Origin: Candidatus Nanosyncoccus sp. | GTDB lineage: Bacteria; Patescibacteriota; Saccharimonadia; Saccharimonadales; Saccharimonadaceae | Length of the DNA: 64,000 nt | Assembly: GCA_045638045.1 (NCBI GenBank) | Contig: JAZUAP010000007.1 | Location: forward strand, 5,907 to 69,906 | Direction: 5' to 3' | Shown here: piece by piece, positions 41,714 to 50,468 of the stretch | Layout: each line of letters starts with the position of its first letter | Numbering within the stretch: the first letter of the stretch is position 1 | Position numbers and translations under genes: made by a program | Notes under the pieces: model-generated | Told to the model about the DNA's origin: nothing | Databases searched by the model: none | What the model saw: the letters and a program-made list of their open reading frames with translations, nothing else

Positions 41714-42259
41714 ATGTTTGACACAAATGAAGATCGCAAAAAAATGGAGGGGGCTCTAGAGCGATTTAAAGAGGAAATGAAAAAAGTTCGAACCGGCAGA
41801 GCACATCCGGATATGCTGGCTGGTATTAAAGTCGAAGCCTACGGTCAATATATGCCATTAAACCAAGTCGCTAATGTTACAGTTGCTGATGCGACTTTAC
41901 TTGTGGTGACTCCATTTGATCCTGCAAACATACAAGCAATTGCCTCGGCAATTCGGGCAGATCAAGCTTTGGGACTTAACCCATCAGATGACGGACGAGT
42001 AGTGCGCGTGCCAATTCCAGCTTTAACCGAAGAAAGACGCAAAGAAATTGTCAAAACTGCATCAAATAAAGTTGAAGAAGCAAAAGTCGCCATCCGCAAC
42101 GCACGTGAGGATGCTAGAAAGGCAGTGAAGATTGCTTCAGAAATGAGCGAAGATGTCAAAAAACGTGCCGAAAAAGAAATTGACGAATTGACCAAAGAGT
42201 TTAATGACAAAATCGACGCTGAATTTAAGGCGAAATCTGACGAGATAATGAAACTATGA
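41714..42259 (+). CDS. frr: Ribosome recycling factor
   Basis: 181 aa with the typical Frr pattern (LERFKEEMKKVRTGRAHPDML, RVPIPALTEERRKE). Confidence 0.93.
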   Translation: MFDTNEDRKKMEGALERFKEEMKKVRTGRAHPDMLAGIKVEAYGQYMPLNQVANVTVADATLLVVTPFDPANIQAIASAIRADQALGLNPSDDGRVVRVPIPALTEERRKEIVKTASNKVEEAKVAIRNAREDARKAVKIASEMSEDVKKRAEKEIDELTKEFNDKIDAEFKAKSDEIMKL

Positions 42260-42927
42260 GTTTGCGTCATTTAGGAATCATTGCTGACGGGAACCGTCGT
42301 TGGGCTAAGTCACAAGGTTTACCTTCGATTGAGGGACATAAAAAAGGTTTATCAGTGATTGAAGAATTGGTCACTGCTTCTGGAAAGGCCGGTATTGAGT
42401 ATTTGACTTTTTATGTTTTTTCAACTGAAAACTGGGGGCGAAGTGTGGACGAGGTTTCTTATATTATGAAACTCGCGGAGACGCGAATTGTGAAATATGC
42501 GGAAAAGTTGGCGAAGAATAATGCTAAACTGGTAATACTTGGTTCTAAAAACAAAATATCACCGAAACTAGGGAGTTTGCTAAAAAAAGCAGAAGATATC
42601 ACTGCAAAATGTACTGGAATTACGGTTGGTTTTTGTTTTAATTATGGTGGGGAAGTAGAAATTGCCGATGCGGCGACAATTGCTTCAGAAGTTGAAGGCG
42701 AAATAACTCCCGAAACAATTCGTAAACATTTATACCATCCTGAGATTCCGGATATTGATATGGTAGTTCGTACTTCAGGCGAAGAGCGAATTTCTGGCTT
42801 TATGCTGTGGCGAGCTTCGTATGCTGAATTTATGTTTATGAAAAAGTATTTTCCAGAAATGGACGGGGATGATATTAAAAAAATTATAAAAGAATACGAA
42901 TCTCGTTCGCGCAGATTCGGAAAATAG
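42256..42927 (+). CDS. uppS: Isoprenyl (undecaprenyl) diphosphate synthase
   Basis: 223 aa. LGIIADGNRRWA, FSTENW, RTSGEERISGFMLW. ATGA overlap with frr. Confidence 0.9.
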   Translation: MSLRHLGIIADGNRRWAKSQGLPSIEGHKKGLSVIEELVTASGKAGIEYLTFYVFSTENWGRSVDEVSYIMKLAETRIVKYAEKLAKNNAKLVILGSKNKISPKLGSLLKKAEDITAKCTGITVGFCFNYGGEVEIADAATIASEVEGEITPETIRKHLYHPEIPDIDMVVRTSGEERISGFMLWRASYAEFMFMKKYFPEMDGDDIKKIIKEYESRSRRFGK

Positions 42928-42943
42928 TGGTATAATAGTTTTT

Positions 42944-44257
42944 ATGGATATATTTTTAGGTGTGATTGTTGGGCTGTTGGTCTTAATGTTTCTAGTAACA
43001 GCACATGAGTTTGGACATTTTTTAATGGCTCGAAAAAACGGCGTAAATGTAGTAGAATTTGGAATTTGTTTTCCACCGAGAGCGATTGCTTGGATTAAAG
43101 ATCCAAAAACTGGAAAATGGCGTCGTTTGCCACGGAAAGAATGGGACAAAGATAAAGTCTCTAAAGTAGTATATTCCAATGGTGACAAAAATTTAGCCCA
43201 GAAGGGAATGGTTTTTAGTATTAACTGGTTACCAATTGGTGGTTTTTGCCAGATGGATGGAGAGTCGGATGCAGATACTAGAAAAGGAACTTTTGGTGCC
43301 GCTAGTTACTGGAGTAAAACTAAAATTCTTTTTGCCGGAGTAACGGCTAACTGGCTAATCGCGATTATCATTTTTACGATTCTGGCGTGGACTGGAATGC
43401 CAGAATTTATTGATGGGCAGTTCACAGTTGAAGCGGATTCGCGAATTAACCGTGTGCCAGTGCAAATTACTTCTGTAGCCGAGAATTCACCAGCGGAAAA
43501 AGCGGGGATGAAAGAGGGTGATTATATTTTAGCGATTGATGGCGAAGAAGTGTGGAATTCGACTGAAATATCCGAAGCGAATAAAGCGCATGCTGGAGGA
43601 GCAGTGGAGTATAAAATACGAAGAACAGAAGCTGGGTGCATTGAACAACCGGATTGTTACGTGGAGCCTTGCCCGTGTCTTAAAGAGGGGGATACAGAAG
43701 TGGAAAAGAGTATGAAAGTTAATTTGAATCCGGAATCTGAAGAATACTTGCTTGGCGTAACAATGTCTTCGACTCAAGCTTTATCATACTCAACTTGGTC
43801 AGCGCCAATTGTTGGCGTGGGCGTGACTGCTCAAATTACTGGTGAAACGTTTAAGGGTGTAGGTATTATGTTATGGAATCTTGTCTCAGGCGTCGGGCAA
43901 TTGTTTAGCCCTGATGCAGGGGTTCGTGAGAGTGGCCAGGAAGCGATTTCATCAGTTGGTGATTCGGTATCAGGTCCAGTTGGGATAATCGGGGTACTAT
44001 TTCCGGCATTTACTTCAGCGGGTCCAACTAATCTAGCATTTCTTGCCGCACTAATATCAGTGTCGCTTGCCTGTATGAATGTATTACCTATTCCCGCATT
44101 GGACGGTGGAAGATGGCTTCTGATCACTATTTATCGACTCCGCAAAAAGAAACTAACCAAAGAAGTGGAAGAAAAAATTGTATCTCGCGCAATGATAGTT
44201 CTTCTTGCGCTGATTGCAATTGTAACCGTGCTTGATATTATTAGGATTGCAAAATGA
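42944..44257 (+). CDS. rseP: Site-2 (M50) intramembrane metalloprotease RseP with PDZ domain
   Basis: 437 aa. HEFGHF, PDZ (AEKAGMKEGDYILAIDG), NVLPIPALDGG. TGgTATAAT (42931..42936) lies 7 nt from the ATG. Confidence 0.88.
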   Translation: MDIFLGVIVGLLVLMFLVTAHEFGHFLMARKNGVNVVEFGICFPPRAIAWIKDPKTGKWRRLPRKEWDKDKVSKVVYSNGDKNLAQKGMVFSINWLPIGGFCQMDGESDADTRKGTFGAASYWSKTKILFAGVTANWLIAIIIFTILAWTGMPEFIDGQFTVEADSRINRVPVQITSVAENSPAEKAGMKEGDYILAIDGEEVWNSTEISEANKAHAGGAVEYKIRRTEAGCIEQPDCYVEPCPCLKEGDTEVEKSMKVNLNPESEEYLLGVTMSSTQALSYSTWSAPIVGVGVTAQITGETFKGVGIMLWNLVSGVGQLFSPDAGVRESGQEAISSVGDSVSGPVGIIGVLFPAFTSAGPTNLAFLAALISVSLACMNVLPIPALDGGRWLLITIYRLRKKKLTKEVEEKIVSRAMIVLLALIAIVTVLDIIRIAK

Positions 44258-45063
44258 CGAAAAAGAATTCTCACACTAAAGATTCTAAGAAACATTGGGG
44301 GAAACTAATCCTTGAAATAATACTACTACTAATCTGGGTTGGATCATCGATTATTGCTTCACAATTCATTGTAGGATATTTAATCATTTGGACTATGGGC
44401 TCAGGAGCTTTTGATAATCCTGTAGTAACGGCAGTCTTTTCGGCGGTGTCTTATCTACTAGCGATGGTTTTTATAATTATTATTCCACCAGCAATAAAAT
44501 GGAGCCGAAGTGAAAAAACGAAGGAGAAAACTAAAGAGAAAACAAAACTGGTTAATCGTGAGGAGTTAGGACTAAAAGATTTTCCGACTTGGACAGATAT
44601 TGGCTTGGCACCAATTGGGCTTATAGCTTATTATGTTTTATCTTCCGGCTTAGTGTTTCTATTCCAGTTTTTTCCGTGGTTTAATATTAATGAAGCACAA
44701 GATGTTGGTTTCAGCCCATACCTTGTTGGTCCGGACCGTTTGATTGCTTTTATTACTTTGGTAGTCGTTGCACCAATTGCGGAAGAAATAGTTTTCCGCG
44801 GATGGCTATATCAAAAGCTTAAAAACAGATTCTCGAAAGTTACTACTTATGCTATTTCGGCTATACTTTCAGCTTTTTTGGTTTCGCTTCTTTTTGGATT
44901 GGTTCATGGCCAATGGAGTGTGGGAGTAGATGTGTTTGCGATGTCTTTAGTATTATGTGGGCTTCGTGAAATAACAGGGACAATATATGCTGGAATTCTG
45001 CTTCATATGCTAAAAAATGGTGTGGCTTTTTATTTCTTATACGTAGCAGGAACAGGCTGGTAA
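44254..45063 (+). CDS. CPBP-family (CAAX-type) intramembrane glutamic endopeptidase
   Basis: 269 aa, multi-pass. APIAEEIVFRGW and HMLKN motifs. ATGA overlap with rseP. Confidence 0.8.
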   Translation: MTKKNSHTKDSKKHWGKLILEIILLLIWVGSSIIASQFIVGYLIIWTMGSGAFDNPVVTAVFSAVSYLLAMVFIIIIPPAIKWSRSEKTKEKTKEKTKLVNREELGLKDFPTWTDIGLAPIGLIAYYVLSSGLVFLFQFFPWFNINEAQDVGFSPYLVGPDRLIAFITLVVVAPIAEEIVFRGWLYQKLKNRFSKVTTYAISAILSAFLVSLLFGLVHGQWSVGVDVFAMSLVLCGLREITGTIYAGILLHMLKNGVAFYFLYVAGTGW

Positions 45064-45126
45064 AAAACTATTGACTTCAAACATTCTTTAGTGTAAACTA
45101 GTGGGAGTAAAACTTGGATTAGCATT

Positions 45127-45573
45127 ATGATTAAGAAAAATATTAGTTTAACTGCAGAGGGGAAGAAAGAGCTAGAAGCGGAGCTTGCTAGGTTGATTTC
45201 GGAGCGTCCTTTAATTGCTGAACGAATTGCGACGGCTAGATCTTTTGGTGATTTATCAGAAAATGAGGAATATAGTTCGGCGCGAAATGAACAAAAAGTT
45301 GCAGAAGGACGAATTATAGAGATTCAGGATATTCTGAAAAATGCGAAGGTAATTCGCGGTGGCAAAAAAACCAAGGTTGATCTTGGCGCCTGTGTAGTAT
45401 TAAATATGGGCGGTCGCAAAGTTGAATACACCCTTGTTGGACCAACTGAGGCTAACCCACTTGAGGGTAAGATTTCCAACGAATCGCCGATTGGCAAAGC
45501 TCTTCTTGGTCATAAAGCCGGTGAATCGTTTGAATTCAATGGCAAAAAAATTAAAGTTATTGAAATTAAATAG
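45127..45573 (+). CDS. greA: Transcription elongation factor GreA
   Basis: 148 aa. GDLSENEEYSSAR and a C-terminal FKBP-like domain. Confidence 0.9.
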   Translation: MIKKNISLTAEGKKELEAELARLISERPLIAERIATARSFGDLSENEEYSSARNEQKVAEGRIIEIQDILKNAKVIRGGKKTKVDLGACVVLNMGGRKVEYTLVGPTEANPLEGKISNESPIGKALLGHKAGESFEFNGKKIKVIEIK

Positions 45574-45656
45574 TATTAATATTTGAAGAGCCTTTTGGAT
45601 TTTAATCAAAAGTGCCCCTGTATGACTTTTTGGGGAGTATATGTTATAATAATTTT

Positions 45657-47135
45657 ATGTTGTTAGAAGATTATAGAAATGAAAGACTTAGAAAACTAGA
45701 GGAAATCCGAGCGAGAGGAATTGATGCTTATCCTTCAAAATCGGAGCGAAACACTAAAATTTCAGATGTGGTGACGCATTTTGACGAGAAAAAAGGTCAG
45801 GAAGTCTGTGTGGCTGGTCGGATTGTAGCAATTCGCTCATTTGGAAAGTTGGTATTTATTAAGTTACGCGATTATACGAGTGAAGTGCAAATATTCATGA
45901 AAGCAGTACCTGAGGAAACTCCAGCAGGAATGTTTGGCGCTAAAGATATTAAACTGCTTGATGTAGGTGATTTTATTGAAGCTAAAGGTATTGTTGATAA
46001 GTCACAAACTGGCGAGATTTCGGTGTTTTCTGATTATGTGAGGCTTTTGACTAAATCTCTAAGGCCAATGCCTGAAAAGTTCACCAATAAGGAAGAACGC
46101 TATCGTCGTCGTTATGTTGATATGAATGTAAATCCAGAAGTGCGTGAGAGACTAGTACGCCGTTCGAAATTCTGGCAGGCGACACGTGATTTTATGAACA
46201 AACATGGCTTTATTGAGATTAATATCCCGGTACTTGAACACACAACTGGTGGTGCGGATGCAAATCCATTTGTGACACACATGGACGCTCTGGATGAGGA
46301 TTTTTATCTTCGTATTTCGCACGAGCTTCCTTTGAAGAGATTACTTGGTGGTGGCTTTGAAAAAGTTTATGACATCGGACCGAGATTTAGAAATGAAGGT
46401 GTTGATGATGAGCATTTGCCGGAACATATTGCATTTGAAGCTTATTCCGCCTATGAAGATTACGAAGATGGAATGAAATTCTATGAAGAAATGATTAAAT
46501 ATGTGGCAAAGGAAACTTGGGGTACTTTGAAATTTAACGTAGGCGGATTTGAGATTGATTTAGACTGTGAGTGGCCACGTTATAAATATGCGGATCTTTT
46601 GAAAGAGAAATATGATGTTGATGTATTCAACCCAGACAGGGAACAATTAATCCGAGTATTACTGGAAAACTGGGACGCCAAAGATTTGAAGCGAGATGAA
46701 TTTGTGAAAAAACTCGAAAACACCACTACGCCACATTTGATTGATGATGTATGGAAGCTGATTCGCAAGACTTCGGCTGGTCCGTACTGGGTGATTGAAG
46801 AGCCTTTGAGCTTGTCACCACTGGCTAAAAAATCTTCAGATAATCCACTGGTAACGGAAAGATTTCATCCAGTGATTGCAGGTACTGAAATGGGGAATGG
46901 TTTTTCGGAATTAAATGACCCGCTTGATCAGTTAGAGCGCTTCGAAGAACAACAAGCTGCACGTGATGCAGGTGACGAAGAAGCTCAAATGATGGATAAA
47001 GATTTTGTAGAAATGCTAGAATATGGTATGCCGCCTGCTTGTGGTTGGGGCAATTCGGAACGAAACTTTTGGCTACTCGAAGGAGTACCAGGTAGGGAAG
47101 CAGTACCGTTTCCAACTATGCGAAAGATTGACTAG
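45657..47135 (+). CDS. lysS: Lysine--tRNA ligase (class II)
   Basis: OB anticodon-binding domain plus class II motifs (FRNEG, GNGFSELNDP, GMPPACGWG). TGtTATAAT (45645..45650) lies 6 nt from ATG 45657. The track start at 45612 lies upstream of the promoter. Confidence 0.92.
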   Translation: MLLEDYRNERLRKLEEIRARGIDAYPSKSERNTKISDVVTHFDEKKGQEVCVAGRIVAIRSFGKLVFIKLRDYTSEVQIFMKAVPEETPAGMFGAKDIKLLDVGDFIEAKGIVDKSQTGEISVFSDYVRLLTKSLRPMPEKFTNKEERYRRRYVDMNVNPEVRERLVRRSKFWQATRDFMNKHGFIEINIPVLEHTTGGADANPFVTHMDALDEDFYLRISHELPLKRLLGGGFEKVYDIGPRFRNEGVDDEHLPEHIAFEAYSAYEDYEDGMKFYEEMIKYVAKETWGTLKFNVGGFEIDLDCEWPRYKYADLLKEKYDVDVFNPDREQLIRVLLENWDAKDLKRDEFVKKLENTTTPHLIDDVWKLIRKTSAGPYWVIEEPLSLSPLAKKSSDNPLVTERFHPVIAGTEMGNGFSELNDPLDQLERFEEQQAARDAGDEEAQMMDKDFVEMLEYGMPPACGWGNSERNFWLLEGVPGREAVPFPTMRKID

Positions 47136-47143
47136 AACTATAA

Positions 47144-47362
47144 TTAAAATTCGATTGTTTTGGAACGGGATTTAAGCCCACGGGTGATTTTGATGGTGGT
47201 TTTTGGGACATTGAAATGCTTTGATAATAGCTTAATTAGAGCGGCGTTAGCCTCACCATCGTGAGGCTTGGCGCGAAGATAAACTATATACTCGTCGTCG
47301 CCAGTCTGAACGATTTTTTCTTGCGATGAGCCTGGTTTGAGATTTACTAAGATTCTTGCCAT
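47144..47362 (-). CDS. DUF167 (YggU-like) protein
   Basis: 72 aa. LKPGSSQEKIV, AKPHDGEANAALIKLLSK. Promoter on minus: TTGACA (47399..47394), 17 nt spacer, TGgTATAAT (47376..47371), 8 nt from the ATG. The -35 overlaps the stop of the 964-aa gene. Confidence 0.8.
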   Translation of the reverse strand: MARILVNLKPGSSQEKIVQTGDDEYIVYLRAKPHDGEANAALIKLLSKHFNVPKTTIKITRGLKSRSKTIEF

Positions 47363-47395
47363 ATATTTATATTATACCACTTAATTTATTATTTG

Positions 47396-50290
47396 TCAAT
47401 TATTACTCTGTTCTTTTACGATGCAGCGAATAGCGAAGGCGTCCCATTTATTCCAAGAGCCAGCAGGAGTAGCACCAGAAGCCGTGATACCGAGACGGAA
47501 GGCGTTAACTTGACCGTTTGGAGTGGCACTCCACCACCGACCAAATGAATTACGACCACCTGGTTGATTGTGATTATAATCGCCAGAATAAATGAAGTTA
47601 CTCGGGTATTTTCTATAATTCGTATCTACTTTACTAACAGAAGGACTACCTAATGCATTATCAAGAGCGGCATATTCTCCGTTGGTACCGCCAGTGGCAA
47701 GACGCCAACCTTTCGGACAGATGTCGCCCGCTACATTACCGGTTTGTACATCGAAAGTACCGTTACCGGCCGAAGCAGTGAACCAGTTATACATAATACC
47801 ATAACTATACCATGATCTATTGGGGGCGGTGCTGTCATATGAGGGGGTAAAACTGCGATTGATAGCATTGGAATTAAAGTGTATGGCGTCGGTGCAACCA
47901 TCGTTGTCTTGATTACATAATACATTCTCACTGCTAGACTGTGAGGCAGCGGTAATAAATGCAGAAGTAGGATTATTAGTATTGCTACTATCGAAAGCCG
48001 TAGTGGATGGATCGAGGCGAAGATTTTCAAGCATCCAGCAATGATTATCGGCGAGTTTGGCGACAGCATAAGTGTCGTTGTTACGAATATCCTTCAAAGC
48101 AATGACGGAGCTTAGATTAGCACAATCTTGAGCGTCAAATGTTTGCATGGTCTTAGTAGTGTGCTCAGGTATCCAGACTGCATAGAAAGGTATTTCATTG
48201 GTGACAGGATCGGCTCTAGCGAGAACTGAAGCATTGATGTCGATAGTTTCGTTCGGTCCGTAAATTGTAACAGATTGATTATTGGCGAGTTTGTCGGCGG
48301 CATCAGCATCAAGGCTCCAGCCTGCAAAGCCATAGTTCGCACGAGAATAATTGGATGCAATAAGCCGGTGTTTTCCTGCAACGACATCATGTTCGGTGGC
48401 AACACTCATCGAACCGGCATCGGCATTATTGCCGTCATACACGATAGTGTAGACCTCACGCCATATAGCATAAAGATTAAGAGTGTCGCCATCTACAAGG
48501 CCTTCACGATCGGCGGCACCAGCCACCATGCCACCCGGAGTCACAGCAACGCCGCTGCCATCTGGTTGTGAGTTCCAAGCAACGAATGCTGAATGCTCTT
48601 TAGTAAATGCATTATCGGCAGCGAGAGCCGTACCAAAATCAACGTCAGTTTCATCTGACATGGTGCCAGTTCCGCCGTTGGCATCATAATGAATATTGCC
48701 TCTGAAATGATAGCCTGGATTATATAAACAACGCACGGTTTGACCACGATTTTTACTGGTATTGTTGGAATTCATAAATACTGTACTTAATCTTATCCAA
48801 AGATTGTTGGTTCGTTTTGCATCTATAGTATTTAGCGTAGCATGACTGCTAGATATTGCGCGGTTTGAAGCGGAAGCTTTTTGCTCGCCTCCTAGGACGT
48901 AGTTAAGTGGATATTCGCGCCATTTTAATGAGGAAGCAATCCCTTCAGGGGTATCTGGGTCGTTGTTTTTACCGTTTCCGCCCATCGCTATATCTAGGAT
49001 TGCCAAATCTCCAACAAAGCCAGCACCGGCTGGTAGCCTCCAGTTGGCTGGGCAAATGTCACCATTGACAGATGCACCCCCTACATCTAGTTCAAAAGTC
49101 CCATTGCCAGCAGTGGCAGTGTACCAGTTGTAATAGTTGCCATATGAATACCAGGATTTTCTAGCACCATTATCATTATAGGAAGGGTCTAGATTTCGAT
49201 TGGTATTATCAGTGTTATGATAGATGCTGTTGATACAAGCGCTGGTATCTCCCTGACAAAAGTTAGTACTGGATGCCGGATGCCCACTATTTATAGCCTG
49301 AATAAATGAATTAGTTGGTCTATTGGTGTCAAAACTACTAATGTTAAGGTTTGAGTCAGAGAGATCGAGCCGTAAGTTTTCCATCATCCAACATTGGCCA
49401 TCGGCGAGTTTGGCGACGGCATAAGTGTTGCCATCACGAATATCAGTTAAGGCAATGACAGCATTCTGCGCCATATTGCCACAGCCACTCCAAGACTGCA
49501 AATCTCCGCTTGATGGAATCCACTTGGCGTATAATTGCAATCCTTCAGTTGAGAGGTCGCCAGGATTTATCGTCTGGTTAGGACCATAGGTAGTACCGGT
49601 ACCATCTATGGATGTATTCCAGCCTGCAAAACCATAGCCCGGTCTAGAGAAGTTTGGTGCAATTAAAACCGTATCGGTGCCGGAAGTTGCGTCTTGATCT
49701 GGCATCTCACCAACTACATCATCGCCGTTACTATAGTAACAAATTTTGTCAGGTAGACATGGATCTAATTTGGCGACTGCCTGGATGGTGACTGAGCCGG
49801 TGTAAGTACCTTGGGATTGGCTTAGTGGAACTAAGGCTCCGAATGTCAAATCATATTCGTCAGTACCAGCAGTGCTCGTTTCAAATAAGCGTTTAGAAGA
49901 GCCCGGCGCTGGAACTGGCAAATAGTTAGCTCCATCATCCGTACTGTAACCATAGCCGTAACCAGTAGAACCCGCCGGCAGGCTCGAAGAACCACTCGGC
50001 AAGGTGAAGGTGGGAATTGTAATAGTAGGATCTGACTGATGAACTAAGGCATTAGTTGATCCAGTCGGAGCTAGGTTTACATAATAGCCGGCCGTACTCG
50101 TGGATGTCACTGTTACTGTTTGTGACGTAGAAGCAAATACTCCTGGGGTCAAGCTGAGCTGTACTGAACTAGGATCAATATCTACAGTTATACTTTCGAC
50201 AGCAAAAACCGCCTGACTACTAAATATCAGGTTGAGGGCGAGTATCGTGATTGTTCTAAATAATATTTTTGATACACGACCCCTTAACAC
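47396..50290 (-). CDS. Secreted 964-aa surface protein: family N-terminal module, three Listeria-Bacteroides-type repeats and two FISUMP domains
   Basis: GTG start 7 nt after GGAGG, with a TGtTATAAT promoter (50328..50320 on minus). Signal peptide ...SQAVFA/VES. FISUMP-1 at about 48725..49470: DIRDGNTYAVAKLADGQCWMMENL, YYNWYTAT, ICPANWRLP, GQTVRCLY. FISUMP-2 at about 47415..48115: DIRNNDTYAVAKLADNHCWMLENL, MYNWFTAS, ICPKGWRLAT, AFAIRCIV. Repeats end in LYAKW, LYAIW, FYAVW. Confidence 0.88.
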   Translation of the reverse strand: MLRGRVSKILFRTITILALNLIFSSQAVFAVESITVDIDPSSVQLSLTPGVFASTSQTVTVTSTSTAGYYVNLAPTGSTNALVHQSDPTITIPTFTLPSGSSSLPAGSTGYGYGYSTDDGANYLPVPAPGSSKRLFETSTAGTDEYDLTFGALVPLSQSQGTYTGSVTIQAVAKLDPCLPDKICYYSNGDDVVGEMPDQDATSGTDTVLIAPNFSRPGYGFAGWNTSIDGTGTTYGPNQTINPGDLSTEGLQLYAKWIPSSGDLQSWSGCGNMAQNAVIALTDIRDGNTYAVAKLADGQCWMMENLRLDLSDSNLNISSFDTNRPTNSFIQAINSGHPASSTNFCQGDTSACINSIYHNTDNTNRNLDPSYNDNGARKSWYSYGNYYNWYTATAGNGTFELDVGGASVNGDICPANWRLPAGAGFVGDLAILDIAMGGNGKNNDPDTPEGIASSLKWREYPLNYVLGGEQKASASNRAISSSHATLNTIDAKRTNNLWIRLSTVFMNSNNTSKNRGQTVRCLYNPGYHFRGNIHYDANGGTGTMSDETDVDFGTALAADNAFTKEHSAFVAWNSQPDGSGVAVTPGGMVAGAADREGLVDGDTLNLYAIWREVYTIVYDGNNADAGSMSVATEHDVVAGKHRLIASNYSRANYGFAGWSLDADAADKLANNQSVTIYGPNETIDINASVLARADPVTNEIPFYAVWIPEHTTKTMQTFDAQDCANLSSVIALKDIRNNDTYAVAKLADNHCWMLENLRLDPSTTAFDSSNTNNPTSAFITAASQSSSENVLCNQDNDGCTDAIHFNSNAINRSFTPSYDSTAPNRSWYSYGIMYNWFTASAGNGTFDVQTGNVAGDICPKGWRLATGGTNGEYAALDNALGSPSVSKVDTNYRKYPSNFIYSGDYNHNQPGGRNSFGRWWSATPNGQVNAFRLGITASGATPAGSWNKWDAFAIRCIVKEQSNN

Positions 50291-50468
50291 GGGTCATCCT
50301 CCACAACTCGCATGTTCTAATTATAACACAAACACTATAAAATGGTTATTTTTTTATTATTTTTTTGAAAAACTTGTGCAAAAGTTTTTTTAATTGCAAA
50401 AAAGCATTTACGGAATGAAAATTTTTATGTATAATGGTTATATTAAAAGGAGTGTGTGAAGGTTATAA

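Noticed and set aside
45612-45656. N-terminal extensions proposed by the ORF track (also 17447, 17733, 23291, 26945, 40351..40395, 40542)
   Set aside because: In each case the extension overlaps or precedes the TGnTATAAT box or the SD that serves a downstream in-frame ATG. The shorter protein begins at the conserved family N-terminus.
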